DNA of 64,000 nucleotides from Candidatus Dormiibacterota bacterium. Its GTDB lineage: Bacteria > Chloroflexota > Dormibacteria > Aeolococcales > Aeolococcaceae. The stretch is taken from assembly GCA_036844485.1 (NCBI GenBank), contig DAIUFS010000002.1:11085-75084 (forward strand). The letters are read 5' to 3'. Numbering within the stretch: position 1 is the stretch's first letter; every line of letters starts with the position of its first letter. Shown here one piece after another: positions 49,112 to 57,990 of this stretch. The notes under the pieces are model-generated. The model saw only the letters and a program-made list of their open reading frames with translations, did no database searches and had not been told where the DNA came from. The position numbers and the translations under genes are program-made.

Positions 49112-49262
49112 TCCGCTCCGACGGAGGTCTCCTGGCTCACGGATCAGTGCAGCTCGGCCGTCTTCCCAGGACGCGCGTCCCAGTGACCGGTGGCCGGCTG
49201 CTCCCCGTTGACAGTTGCGCGACAGCTCCGGATTTCCACCGGATTCCCTGTCGCCAGAGCGC
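49112..49262 (-). promoter_or_regulatory. cobalamin (B12) riboswitch aptamer
   Basis: Minus strand reads ...ACAGGGAATCCGGTGGAAATCCGGAGCTGTCGCGCAACTGTCAACGGGGAG...GCCACCGGTCACTGGGA...CCTGGGAAGACGG...GATCCGTGAGCCAGGAGACCTCCGTCGGAGC. This matches the conserved core and the B12 box. An expression platform (49035-49111) leads to a GAGGAG SD. Confidence 0.85.
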
Positions 49263-49329
49263 GGTTCGGGAAGTGTGCCACACGGCCGTCAGCGCCGGTG
49301 AGGCGTGCGACGTCCCTGCCCCGGTAGGG

Positions 49330-49515
49330 TCAGGCGGCGCGGCGGACCCGGGTCGCCCAGTAGCGGAGGGTCGCAGCCTGCTCAGCCTGCTGTGCCTGCG
49401 CCAGCCAGGTGCGCCACTCGACCTGGTGCTCCGCTGGCGGAGCAAAGAGTGCGACCCATTTCCAGTCGGGGGGCAACTCCTCGGCGTGACGGGTGAGGGG
49501 GGTGGTCGGTTCCAT
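49330..49515 (-). CDS. possible small hypothetical protein (61 aa)
   Basis: Only an ORF with a weak SD between DUF-like gene 49634..50416 and the riboswitch. No family recognised. Confidence 0.2.
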   Translation of the reverse strand: MEPTTPLTRHAEELPPDWKWVALFAPPAEHQVEWRTWLAQAQQAEQAATLRYWATRVRRAA

Positions 49516-49633
49516 GATCCAGTGTCCTGTGGGTGCCGGAGGGGCACAGAGGTATGGTGCCGCGTCGCGGCGATTTCAAAACCACACCTGAGTGGAACCC
49601 GGTATGCGCCGGCGATGCGGCCGCGGTGGAGGG

Positions 49634-50416
49634 CTAGCGGTGCTCGATGGTGATGGTCAGAGGACTCCATTCCCCGGTGAGCCCCTGGCCGTGCAGGCTG
49701 ATGCTGCGATCGTCGTCGACGGGCTTCTCGGTCATCAGTCCGAGCGCCACCAGGAACGACTCCATCTTGAACGGGACCTCGCGATGGTGGTCCACCTCCT
49801 CGCCGTCGATGAACCACCGGAGCTCGTCCCTGGACTTGTCGTAGGTGATTCTGTACAGGTGCGTCTGGCCCGGTGTGGTGGCCACGGGCAGCTCGTTGAA
49901 GATGCAGAAATAGGTGGGGCGGTTGAGGTCGGCGGGCGGCTCCGCGACGACGCCCGGGAAGAGCACGCGACCATACACGGTGGCGAGCTTGTCGTTGCTG
50001 GCGAAGAAGTCGACGGCGGCGCCGGTGTCGAAGTCGAGCAGATTGACGGTGGCCATGCCGTCGTACAGATCGCCGGGGCGGCCGTTGTGACGGCGGCCGG
50101 CGATGCTCAGCTCAACGCTGATGGTGCCGTCGTCGGGAGGGGTGAACCTGGCCGTCGAAAAGTACATGTGCTTGGCGTTGTCGAGCACCTGGATGCGGTC
50201 GTGCGAGCGAGACAGGGGGTTGGCTCTCACCCGCAGCCTCTGATGCTCCACGATCACAGTGGCGTTGGGCTCGCGGTACTTCCACTCGCTGCCATCAGGA
50301 AGTTTGAAGCCACCGATCTGCCACGCCGGATCCTCGCCGGTGATGATGGAGCGGAAGTTGCCATAGGTGCTGGTCTCGATTCGCGCCTTGCTCGGCGCGC
50401 TGGTCGCCTGGGTCAT
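49634..50416 (-). CDS. hypothetical protein (260 aa; possibly the actinobacterial DUF6081 family)
   Basis: GGAGG precedes the ATG at 50416. The family assignment is from memory only. Confidence 0.6.
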   Translation of the reverse strand: MTQATSAPSKARIETSTYGNFRSIITGEDPAWQIGGFKLPDGSEWKYREPNATVIVEHQRLRVRANPLSRSHDRIQVLDNAKHMYFSTARFTPPDDGTISVELSIAGRRHNGRPGDLYDGMATVNLLDFDTGAAVDFFASNDKLATVYGRVLFPGVVAEPPADLNRPTYFCIFNELPVATTPGQTHLYRITYDKSRDELRWFIDGEEVDHHREVPFKMESFLVALGLMTEKPVDDDRSISLHGQGLTGEWSPLTITIEHR

Positions 50417-50489
50417 GAGGGTCCTCCGGTGGGCGAGTAAACCGTAGCAGCCGGGTTCGGACTGCAGGCGTCCGGGTAGACTGGTTGAG

Positions 50490-51782
50490 ATGACACGCAA
50501 CATCTCGGGTCCGGTTGCGGTGATCAGCATGCATGCGTCGCCCCTGGGGGCCCTCGGTCGCGGGGAGAACGGAGGTGGCAACCTCGCCGTCCGCCGCCTG
50601 TGCGAGGGATTGGCGGAGGCGGGCATCCCCACCGATGTGTTCGTCAGGCGCGACGACGCTCAGGCTCCGGCCGAGGAGATGATCGCGCCCATGAGCCGGC
50701 TGGTCCGGCTCCCCGTCGGGCCTCCCCGCGCCCTGCCCAAGCAGGACCTGGTCGGGTATATCGACGCATTCAGCCGTGCGGTGGCCGCCCACGCGACCAG
50801 CGAGGGGCGCCGCTACGTGGTGGTGCATGGCCACTACTGGCTCGGTGGCCTGGTGGCGCAGCAGCTGCGCGAGGTGTGGGGCATCCCCTGGGTCCAGTCC
50901 TTTCACACCCTGGCGCGGGCCAAGGCCCGGGTCGGGCTACCCCTGGACGCGCGACGCTCGGCCGCCGAGGCCCGCCTGGTGGCCGCCGCCGACAGGCTGG
51001 TGAGCGGGAGCGTGGCCGAGGCGCGGGACCTGATGCGGCTCTACGGGGCGTCGCGCAATCGCATCTGCGTTGCCCAGCCCGGCGTCGACCTGCGCGTGCT
51101 CCACCCCCGAGACACCGGGGCGCTCCGTGACGAGCTCGCCCTCGACTGCCATCGCGTCCTGCTGTTCGCCGGCCGCTTGGAACCGCTCAAGGGGGCCGAC
51201 ACGCTCCTGGGGGCGGTGGCGCAGCTGTGCGAGGAGGAGCGGTTCGACGACGTCATCACCCTGGTCATCGGCGAGGACAGCGGGGACGGCTCCCTCGACG
51301 GCGGAGAGCGTCGCCGCCTGGAGGCGGTGGCGGGTGGTCACGGACTGCAGGCGCGGGTGCGCTTCCTCGGCGCCATCGAGCACGAGAACCTGGCCGACTA
51401 CTACGCGCTCGCCGACATCTGCGTGGTGCCGTCGCGCACCGAGACCTTCGGACTGGTCGCGCTCGAGGCACAGGCCCTCGGCACTCCCGTCGTCGCCAGC
51501 GCGGTGGGCGGCCTGACCGAGATCATCGCCGACGGAGAGACGGGCATCCTGGTGGCCGATCGACACCCCCAGGCATTCGCTGAAGCGATCGCGTCACTGC
51601 TCGACGACGCTTCCCTGCGGGAGCGCATGGGCGAGGCGGCACGTGTGCGTGCAGCGACCTTCACCTGGGCTCGAGCGGTGGAACGGATCGCGGCGATCTA
51701 CTCACGCGTCACCCGGCCGGAGATGATCACCGCCACTCCGTGCGGGTACAGCGACAACGAGGTCATGGCCATCGCCGGCTGA
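50490..51782 (+). CDS. GT4 family glycosyltransferase, MshA-like
   Basis: VAVISMHASPLG...GGGN N-terminal motif and the C-terminal GT-B motif PSRTETFGLVALEAQALGTPVVAS.VGGL.E. Confidence 0.85.
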   Translation: MTRNISGPVAVISMHASPLGALGRGENGGGNLAVRRLCEGLAEAGIPTDVFVRRDDAQAPAEEMIAPMSRLVRLPVGPPRALPKQDLVGYIDAFSRAVAAHATSEGRRYVVVHGHYWLGGLVAQQLREVWGIPWVQSFHTLARAKARVGLPLDARRSAAEARLVAAADRLVSGSVAEARDLMRLYGASRNRICVAQPGVDLRVLHPRDTGALRDELALDCHRVLLFAGRLEPLKGADTLLGAVAQLCEEERFDDVITLVIGEDSGDGSLDGGERRRLEAVAGGHGLQARVRFLGAIEHENLADYYALADICVVPSRTETFGLVALEAQALGTPVVASAVGGLTEIIADGETGILVADRHPQAFAEAIASLLDDASLRERMGEAARVRAATFTWARAVERIAAIYSRVTRPEMITATPCGYSDNEVMAIAG

Positions 51783-51864
51783 GCGTGCGGGCGGTCGATG
51801 CGCGCGGCCCAGGTGATCAAGCCGATCGGCGGCACAGCCGGAGGGGCGACGTAGTATTCGGCGG

Positions 51865-52923
51865 GTGACCTGTTCGCACTGCGGCGCTGAGGTACCCGAG
51901 GGCGAGTTCTGCACGCGCTGCGGGGCGCATCGGGTGAGAGGACGTCTGCGCCTGCACCACTATGCGTTGCGCCCCGGCGAGCATGTGGCGACGCCCAGCG
52001 TGATCTCCACCCTCCTGCCGCGGCTCGCCCACGAGCGGATCCACGCCTTCCGCTGGGGGCTGATCGGGGGCGTCGCGGTGGTCGCGCTGCTCGCCGCCAC
52101 CGGGCTGATCATCCCCGCGATCTGGGTGGCCGCTCTGCTGGTGCCGGCGCTGTACATCTCCTACCTCCGCGTGGCGGACGTCTTCGCCGACGCGCCGCTG
52201 CCCGTGCTCTTCGGGACCATCGGCGCCGGCGCCGTCATCGGCGCGGCCGTCACCGCTGTGGCCGACGCTCTCGGCAAGGGGCTCGGGGCCGGCGGGGTGA
52301 TCCTCCTCGCCGTCGGGGTCGCCGTCGTCGCCGAACTGCTCAAGCCGGTGGTCCCGCTGCTGGTGCTCCGTCCACGGTTTCCCAACACCCTGGACGGGCT
52401 CGTGTTCGGCGTCGCCGCGGGCACCGGGTACGCGCTGGCTCAAACGCTGGTCAATCTCACCGGCGCGCTCGGCGGGGTGGCGCTCCGCGTGGACCCGGCC
52501 AACTGGGTGTTCACGCTCTTCAGCGCCGCCCTGCTCATTCCTCTGCTGCACGGGTCGTGCACCGGGCTTGTGGCGGCAGCGCTGTGGCGGCCGCGGGGAG
52601 GTCATGCGGCCGCGTTGCGGGCGGCGGGGCTGCCGCTCGCCGTGATCGCGGACATCTGCTTTGCGGGCGGCAGCGAGGTGCTCGACGACGCCGGTCTCAG
52701 CCCCCTGTTCGTGCTCCTCTGGCAGGCGGTGGTGGTGGCGGCTGTCCTCATCGCCGTGCGCATCCTCATCCACGCCGCCGTGCTCGACGAGGGCGCCACT
52801 CTGGGATTGCGCCAGGTCCGCTGCCAGCACTGCGGCCGGCGCCTCGAGGCCGCCAGGTTCTGCCCGCATTGCGGTGCGCTGCTCGCGGAGTCGAGACCCC
52901 CGCAGGCGGCCTTCAGCCGCTGA
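51865..52923 (+). CDS. PrsW-like intramembrane protease-fold membrane protein flanked by N- and C-terminal zinc ribbons
   Basis: CSHCGAEVPEGEFCTRCG and CQHCGRRLEAARFCPHCG. Membrane core with AELLKP, GVAAGTGYALAQT and LLHGSCTG motifs resembling PrsW. Confidence 0.6.
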   Translation: MTCSHCGAEVPEGEFCTRCGAHRVRGRLRLHHYALRPGEHVATPSVISTLLPRLAHERIHAFRWGLIGGVAVVALLAATGLIIPAIWVAALLVPALYISYLRVADVFADAPLPVLFGTIGAGAVIGAAVTAVADALGKGLGAGGVILLAVGVAVVAELLKPVVPLLVLRPRFPNTLDGLVFGVAAGTGYALAQTLVNLTGALGGVALRVDPANWVFTLFSAALLIPLLHGSCTGLVAAALWRPRGGHAAALRAAGLPLAVIADICFAGGSEVLDDAGLSPLFVLLWQAVVVAAVLIAVRILIHAAVLDEGATLGLRQVRCQHCGRRLEAARFCPHCGALLAESRPPQAAFSR

Positions 52924-53407
52924 CGGTCGCCGCCTCCACCGCCGGCGCACATGCCGGGCCGCCGAGGGCGTCACGAACACGTTCGAGGGTGTCGCGCAGA
53001 GACGCCGCCTCGCTGTCATCGAGATGGCGACCGAAATGGTCCTGGACACCGCGGAGGTGGAGCGCCGCCGCTCGCCGAAATGCCGTCTGTCCTTCGGGGG
53101 TCAGCACCGCGTAGGCTCCCCGGCGGTCGGACGGGCAGCGCTCCGTGCCCAGCAGTCCGTCCCGTTGCAGGCGTTCGACCAGACGGGTGACCCCGCTCTT
53201 GGTCATGCGGGCGTGAGAGGTGAGCTGATTGAGGCGCAGCCGATGTCCGGGCGAGGCGCTGAGGCGGTAGAGCACCTCGTATTCGGCAAGGCTGAGGCCG
53301 TGACTGCGCTCCAGCTCCGCCTCCAGGCGGCCGGTCAGCCGGCTGTGGGCGTCGAGCAGCGCCATCCAGGCGGCCATCCGGCAGGCGTCGGGTCGATCGG
53401 TCTTCAC
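52913..53407 (-). CDS. MarR family transcriptional regulator
   Basis: LSLAEYEVLYRLS....LRLNQLTSHARMTKSGVTRLVERLQRDGLL.....SDRRGAYAVLTPEG. Start is the GTG at 53407 or the ATG at 53377. Confidence 0.82.
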   Translation of the reverse strand: MKTDRPDACRMAAWMALLDAHSRLTGRLEAELERSHGLSLAEYEVLYRLSASPGHRLRLNQLTSHARMTKSGVTRLVERLQRDGLLGTERCPSDRRGAYAVLTPEGQTAFRRAAALHLRGVQDHFGRHLDDSEAASLRDTLERVRDALGGPACAPAVEAATVSG

Positions 53408-53467
53408 TGGGGTTCCTAGCGTCGCGGGGTGGTTGGCTGCCCGCCGCCTCGCCATGATACCGAATCA

Positions 53468-53502
53468 AGTAGTTGACAGCGCAACTACTGGGCGAGTAGG
53501 GT
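53468..53502 (+). promoter_or_regulatory. candidate yceI promoter with overlapping palindromic MarR operator
   Basis: Perfect inverted repeat AGTAGTTG-acagcg-CAACTACT (53468-53489) containing TTGACA (53473-53478). TAGGGT lies 18 nt downstream (53497-53502). Confidence 0.4.
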
Positions 53503-53549
53503 GGGAGGCAGGAAGCGCGACAGCATCCGCGTCGCAGCAGGAGGCAGCC

Positions 53550-54128
53550 ATGACCGATACCACCGTCCAGACCGGCCTGCGGAGTGGGGTGTGGGACCTC
53601 GATCCCGCCCACAGCAGCCTGGAGTTCGTCGCGCGCTACCTCATGGCCACAAAGGTTCGCGGCCGCTTCAACGAGTGGACCGCGACGCTCACGACAGGGG
53701 ACAGCCCGGCCGACGCCCACGTCGAGGCCACCATCCAGGCGGCCAGCATCACGACCCACAACGAGACCCGCGACAACCACCTCCGCACCGCCGACTTCTT
53801 CGAGGTCGAGAAGCACCCCACCATCGACTTCCGCAGCACCTCCGTCGGCGATCTCGACCACGACAACCACTTTCAGGTCACCGGCGACCTGACTGCTCTT
53901 GGGGTGACCAAGCCGGTGACTCTGGACGCGGAGTTTGTGGGGACCGTGACCGACCCGTACGACCGCACCAAGGCCACCTTCAGTGTCACCACCGAGCTGA
54001 AGCGCGACGACTGGGGAGTGAGCTGGAATCAGGCCCTGGTCAACGGAGGGGTCCTGGTCAGCAAGACGATCAAGGTCGAGATCGAGGTGCAGTTCGTGCT
54101 CCGCGAGGAGAAGCCGGACCAGCAGTAA
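53550..54128 (+). CDS. YceI family polyisoprenoid-binding protein
   Basis: WDLDPAHSSLEF..RYLMATKVRGRF, HNETRDNHLRTADFFEVEKHPTIDFRST, DWGVSWN. AGGAGG precedes the ATG at 53550. Confidence 0.85.
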   Translation: MTDTTVQTGLRSGVWDLDPAHSSLEFVARYLMATKVRGRFNEWTATLTTGDSPADAHVEATIQAASITTHNETRDNHLRTADFFEVEKHPTIDFRSTSVGDLDHDNHFQVTGDLTALGVTKPVTLDAEFVGTVTDPYDRTKATFSVTTELKRDDWGVSWNQALVNGGVLVSKTIKVEIEVQFVLREEKPDQQ

Positions 54129-54249
54129 GCACGGGCGATCGTGCCCCGCGCGCCCGAAGCGGGGTACGCGCGGGGCACAATCACAGCGATGACTGGGGGC
54201 GGCCTCAGCAACGCCGGCGCCGCGACGCCCGGAGGTTCATCGGACACAC

Positions 54250-55104
54250 ATGGGCATCCGTGACCTGATGCGACCGCTGCAGGGCTGGGAGGTGCTCGAC
54301 CCTGCCGGCGAGTGGCTGAGCGGCAAGGTCAACCAGATCGTCGGAGCCGGATCTCTCAAGAGCCTGCTCAGCGGCACCTGGCTCGGTCATCCCCTCCATC
54401 CGCTGCTCACCGACGTGCCCATCGGGGCTCTGACCGCGGCCACCGTCATCGACGTCCTCGGCGGTGATGACGCCGCCGCCGCCAGCAATGCGCTGACCGT
54501 CATGGGGCTGCTGGCGGTCGCTCCCACGGCGCTCGCCGGGCTGTCGGACTGGTCCGACACCGTCGGGGCCGAACGACGGCTGGGCATGATCCACGCTCTC
54601 GCCAACGTCGGATCGTCGACGCTATACCTCGCGGCCCTGCTCAGCCGAGCCAGCGGCAATCGCACGGGGGCACGGCTCTTCAGCGCGGCCGGTCTGGGAA
54701 TGCTCGGCGCCGGCGGGTACATCGGCGGCCATCTGGTCTTCGCCCGTGGCATCGGCGTCGACCACACGGTGTTCGACGAGCCACCGGCGGACTGGACGCG
54801 GGTGGCCCGCGAGGGGGATGTGCCGCCCGACGCACCCCTGCTGGTTCATGCCGGCGCCTACGGCGTGCTCCTCTACAGCCATGCCGGCACCGTCCACGCC
54901 ATCGCCGGACGGTGCACTCACGCGGGCGGCCCGCTGGATGAGGGCGAGGTGGATGCCGACCTGTGCGTCACCTGCCCGTGGCACGGCAGCCGGTTTCGGC
55001 TCACCGACGGCGCCGTGGTCGGTGGCCCGGCCACCTCCCCGGAGCCGTCCTTCGAGGTCCGGATCACCGAGGGCAACGTCGAGGTGCGGGTTCGCGCGAG
55101 CTGA
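54250..55104 (+). CDS. membrane DUF2231-like domain fused to a C-terminal Rieske [2Fe-2S] domain
   Basis: N-terminal HPLHPLLTDVPIG membrane domain. C-terminal CTHAGGPL...CPWHGSRF. Confidence 0.75.
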   Translation: MGIRDLMRPLQGWEVLDPAGEWLSGKVNQIVGAGSLKSLLSGTWLGHPLHPLLTDVPIGALTAATVIDVLGGDDAAAASNALTVMGLLAVAPTALAGLSDWSDTVGAERRLGMIHALANVGSSTLYLAALLSRASGNRTGARLFSAAGLGMLGAGGYIGGHLVFARGIGVDHTVFDEPPADWTRVAREGDVPPDAPLLVHAGAYGVLLYSHAGTVHAIAGRCTHAGGPLDEGEVDADLCVTCPWHGSRFRLTDGAVVGGPATSPEPSFEVRITEGNVEVRVRAS

Positions 55105-55225
55105 GGTCGCGGGCTGGCCGGGGCGTTTCGCGCACCGCCGTGGACGCCGTACACTCGGCCGACCACGACAGCGCAGGGGTGTCGGCGGGGTCACAGACGG
55201 CCGCCGAGAGGGAAACGAGCACGCC

Positions 55226-55540
55226 ATGACCGACGAGCGCGCGGAGGAGGCGGCGGAGAAGGTCGCCGACGACGACCGGCTGCTGGAGGGTGAGAACCCG
55301 GAGACGCCCTACCTCGAGGACGCCACCCATTGGGTGACCGTGTACAGCGAGCTGCTGGGGGTCAAGCGCGACCTCGTCGGCGCTTCCGAATCGAGGCTGC
55401 CCGAGCTCTCTGCCGACGCACGCCATGAGGTGGCATCCACAGACCTCGTGGTGCTCGACGAGGAGATGAAGCGGTTCTCGCGCCGCCTCGCGTACTGGCG
55501 AGAGCGGTGCGTTGAGCTCGGGGGATCGTCCCGGGACTGA
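55226..55540 (+). CDS. hypothetical acidic protein (104 aa)
   Basis: ATG at 55226 after GAGAGGGA. No family recognised. Confidence 0.45.
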   Translation: MTDERAEEAAEKVADDDRLLEGENPETPYLEDATHWVTVYSELLGVKRDLVGASESRLPELSADARHEVASTDLVVLDEEMKRFSRRLAYWRERCVELGGSSRD

Positions 55541-55556
55541 CGCGGACTCGCCCCGA

Positions 55557-56339
55557 TCAGCGGGTGAAGATCGGCGCGATGATCCGGCGCAGCGCCGAGC
55601 GAGGCACCAGGCGTGGAGCCTGGGCGAGGATGAGGTTGTGGGCGCCGGGCACGCAGATCGCGTGGCCGCGGTCGAGAGCATGCAGCCCGCTGCTCACCAC
55701 CGCCTGCACGCTCATCGTCAGGGCCTTGTCAAAGAGCGCCTGCGCCTCGGCCACCTCGGCGAACTCGGTGCGGGTGGGGCCGGGGCACAGGGCCAGAGCA
55801 CGCACCCCGGTCCCATGCAGCTCCTGGGCGAGGGCCTCGGTGAGATGGAGGACGAACGCCTTGGTGGCGGCGTAGGTGGCCATATAGGGGATGGGTTGGT
55901 AGGCGGCTGTGCTGGCCAGGTTGACGATCGCTCCGGCGCCCGCCGCCACATTGCCGTGGACGGCGGCGACCGTGAGCGTGTGCAGCGCCACCACGTTGAG
56001 CTCCACCTCCGCGATCTCACGCTCGGGGTCGAGGTCGGCGAAGCGGCCCCGGCTGCCAGAGCCGGCGTTGTTGACCAGCAGCCACGGGCCCCTGGTGCGC
56101 AGCATGGTCTCCAGCGGGCGGCGCCCGGCAGCCGTGCCGAGATCGGCCCGATGCACCGTTACCTTGACCGAGTGGTCACGCCGCAGCGTCCTGGCAAGGC
56201 TCTGAAGGCGGTCGGAGCGGCGTGCCACCAGGGTCAGATCGTGTCCGCGCGCCGCCAGCTGCCGGGCAAACTCCTCACCGATGCCGCTCGACGCTCCGGT
56301 CACCAGCGCGGGCACCGAGGGTGGCACCGGTCCGCTCAT
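55557..56339 (-). CDS. short-chain dehydrogenase/reductase (SDR)
   Basis: [21 protein letters not shown]. Confidence 0.85.
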   Translation of the reverse strand: MSGPVPPSVPALVTGASSGIGEEFARQLAARGHDLTLVARRSDRLQSLARTLRRDHSVKVTVHRADLGTAAGRRPLETMLRTRGPWLLVNNAGSGSRGRFADLDPEREIAEVELNVVALHTLTVAAVHGNVAAGAGAIVNLASTAAYQPIPYMATYAATKAFVLHLTEALAQELHGTGVRALALCPGPTRTEFAEVAEAQALFDKALTMSVQAVVSSGLHALDRGHAICVPGAHNLILAQAPRLVPRSALRRIIAPIFTR

Positions 56340-56484
56340 GTCCTCTCCTCACCGATTCGCGGGAACGCTCGCCACAAGCCTACGGGGTGCGTACTGCGGC
56401 ATCGCGACGCGATTGGCAGACGTGCTGCGGGCGTTCGCGCCGCCGGGAGGCGCCGCGAGGCGGCTTTGTTACGATCACGACACG

Positions 56485-56841
56485 ATGCTCTCGGACTTTG
56501 CGCCGATCCTCGTCTTCCTTGCCGTCTGCGTCGCATTCGGTGCCGGCGTGCAGGCATTGAGCTCCTGGCTCGGCCCGCGCCGGTCCAATCCCGCCAAGGA
56601 TCTGCCGTACGAATGCGGCATCGTGCCGGTGGAGACCGCGCGCCGCCGCTTCTCGGTGAGCTTCTACGTCACCGCGATGCTGTTCATCATCTTCGACGTC
56701 GAGTCCATCTTCCTGCTTCCGTGGGCGACGATCGTGCGCCAGCTGAAGATCTTCGGCATCGTGGAGATGGGCATCTTCATCGCCACGCTGCTGATCGGAC
56801 TGGTCTACATCTGGCGCAAGGGAGCGCTGCGATGGGACTGA
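56485..56841 (+). CDS. nuoA: NADH-quinone oxidoreductase subunit A
   Basis: YECGI...[18 protein letters not shown]. Confidence 0.9.
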   Translation: MLSDFAPILVFLAVCVAFGAGVQALSSWLGPRRSNPAKDLPYECGIVPVETARRRFSVSFYVTAMLFIIFDVESIFLLPWATIVRQLKIFGIVEMGIFIATLLIGLVYIWRKGALRWD

Positions 56842-57401
56842 CCTTCGACAGCGCCAGCGGCGTGCCCCTCCTCAGGGCACAGGGCGACGCTGGGGCCCTG
56901 CCGCTCCCGCGCGTCGGCGACCTCGAGCGAACCGCCGCCAAAGCCGGCGCCATCACCACCAGCATCGAAAAGGTCATCCAGTGGGGCCGCTACAGCTCGT
57001 TGTGGCCGGCGCTCTTCGGCCTGGCCTGCTGCGCCATCGAGATGATGGCGACCGGGGCGGCGCGGTACGACATGTCGCGCTTCGGGTGCGAGGTGTTCCG
57101 TGCGTCGCCTCGCCAGGCGGACCTGATGATCGTCGCCGGTCGCGTCTCCCAGAAGATGGGCCCGGTGCTGCGCCAGATCTACGACCAGATGCCCGAGCCC
57201 AAATGGGTGATCAGCATGGGCGCCTGCGCCTCGAGCGGCGGCATGTTCAACAACTACGCGATCATCCAGGGCGTCGACAAGGTGGTGCCGGTGGACGTCT
57301 ATCTGCCCGGCTGCCCGCCTCGTCCCGAGGGCCTTCTCGACGCAGTTCTCAAGCTGCAGACGAAGATCGCCGCCGAGCGGCCCAGCTCGCTTCGGGGATA
57401 G
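56832..57401 (+). CDS. nuoB: NADH-quinone oxidoreductase subunit B
   Basis: [33 protein letters not shown] (N2 cluster ligands). Confidence 0.93.
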   Translation: MGLTFDSASGVPLLRAQGDAGALPLPRVGDLERTAAKAGAITTSIEKVIQWGRYSSLWPALFGLACCAIEMMATGAARYDMSRFGCEVFRASPRQADLMIVAGRVSQKMGPVLRQIYDQMPEPKWVISMGACASSGGMFNNYAIIQGVDKVVPVDVYLPGCPPRPEGLLDAVLKLQTKIAAERPSSLRG

Positions 57402-57405
57402 AGCC

Positions 57406-57990
57406 GTGACCACGACCCCCGCCCCTGTCGCTTCGGCACGTCCGCCGCGCGGACGCCGCGCCGCCGATCTCCTCGCCAGAGAGCTTCCCGATGCGGTGGT
57501 CCGCACCGAGGAGCATGTGGACGAGGTCACTGTGTACGTGCATGTGGAACACCTGCTGGGCGCGTTGCTCCTGCTCCGTGACCACGACGACGGGTTGTAT
57601 CGCCTGCCGCTCTTCGTGACCGCTGTCGACTGGCCCGATCGCGAGCCGGGGGCGCCACGCTTCGACGTCGTCTACCAGCTGCGCTCGCTGCACCACAACG
57701 ACGAGTGCCGTCTGATCGTCCAGGTGTCCGAGGATGCGCCGCGCGTGCCCAGTGCAGAGCGCATCTTCGCGGGCATGGACTGGCACGAGCGCGAGACCTT
57801 CGACTTCTTCGGCATCGAGTTCGATGGACATCACGACCTCCACCGCATCCTGCTTCCCGAGGATTGGGTTGGTCACCCGCTTCGCAAGGATTACGTCAGC
57901 TTCGGCGAGCCGGTCGCCTTCACCCACAACCTGGAGTGGGCGCTGCCCGCCGCGGAACGCCCTCGCGACATGCCTGGAGAGTCGCGCTGA
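57406..57990 (+). CDS. nuoC: NADH-quinone oxidoreductase subunit C
   Basis: [41 protein letters not shown]. Confidence 0.9.
   Translation: MTTTPAPVASARPPRGRRAADLLARELPDAVVRTEEHVDEVTVYVHVEHLLGALLLLRDHDDGLYRLPLFVTAVDWPDREPGAPRFDVVYQLRSLHHNDECRLIVQVSEDAPRVPSAERIFAGMDWHERETFDFFGIEFDGHHDLHRILLPEDWVGHPLRKDYVSFGEPVAFTHNLEWALPAAERPRDMPGESR

Noticed and set aside
49330-49515. 61-aa ORF upstream of the riboswitch as a possible leader peptide or regulator of the B12 operon.
   Set aside because: It lies upstream of the aptamer, has a weak SD and no recognisable features. It is kept only as a low-confidence feature.
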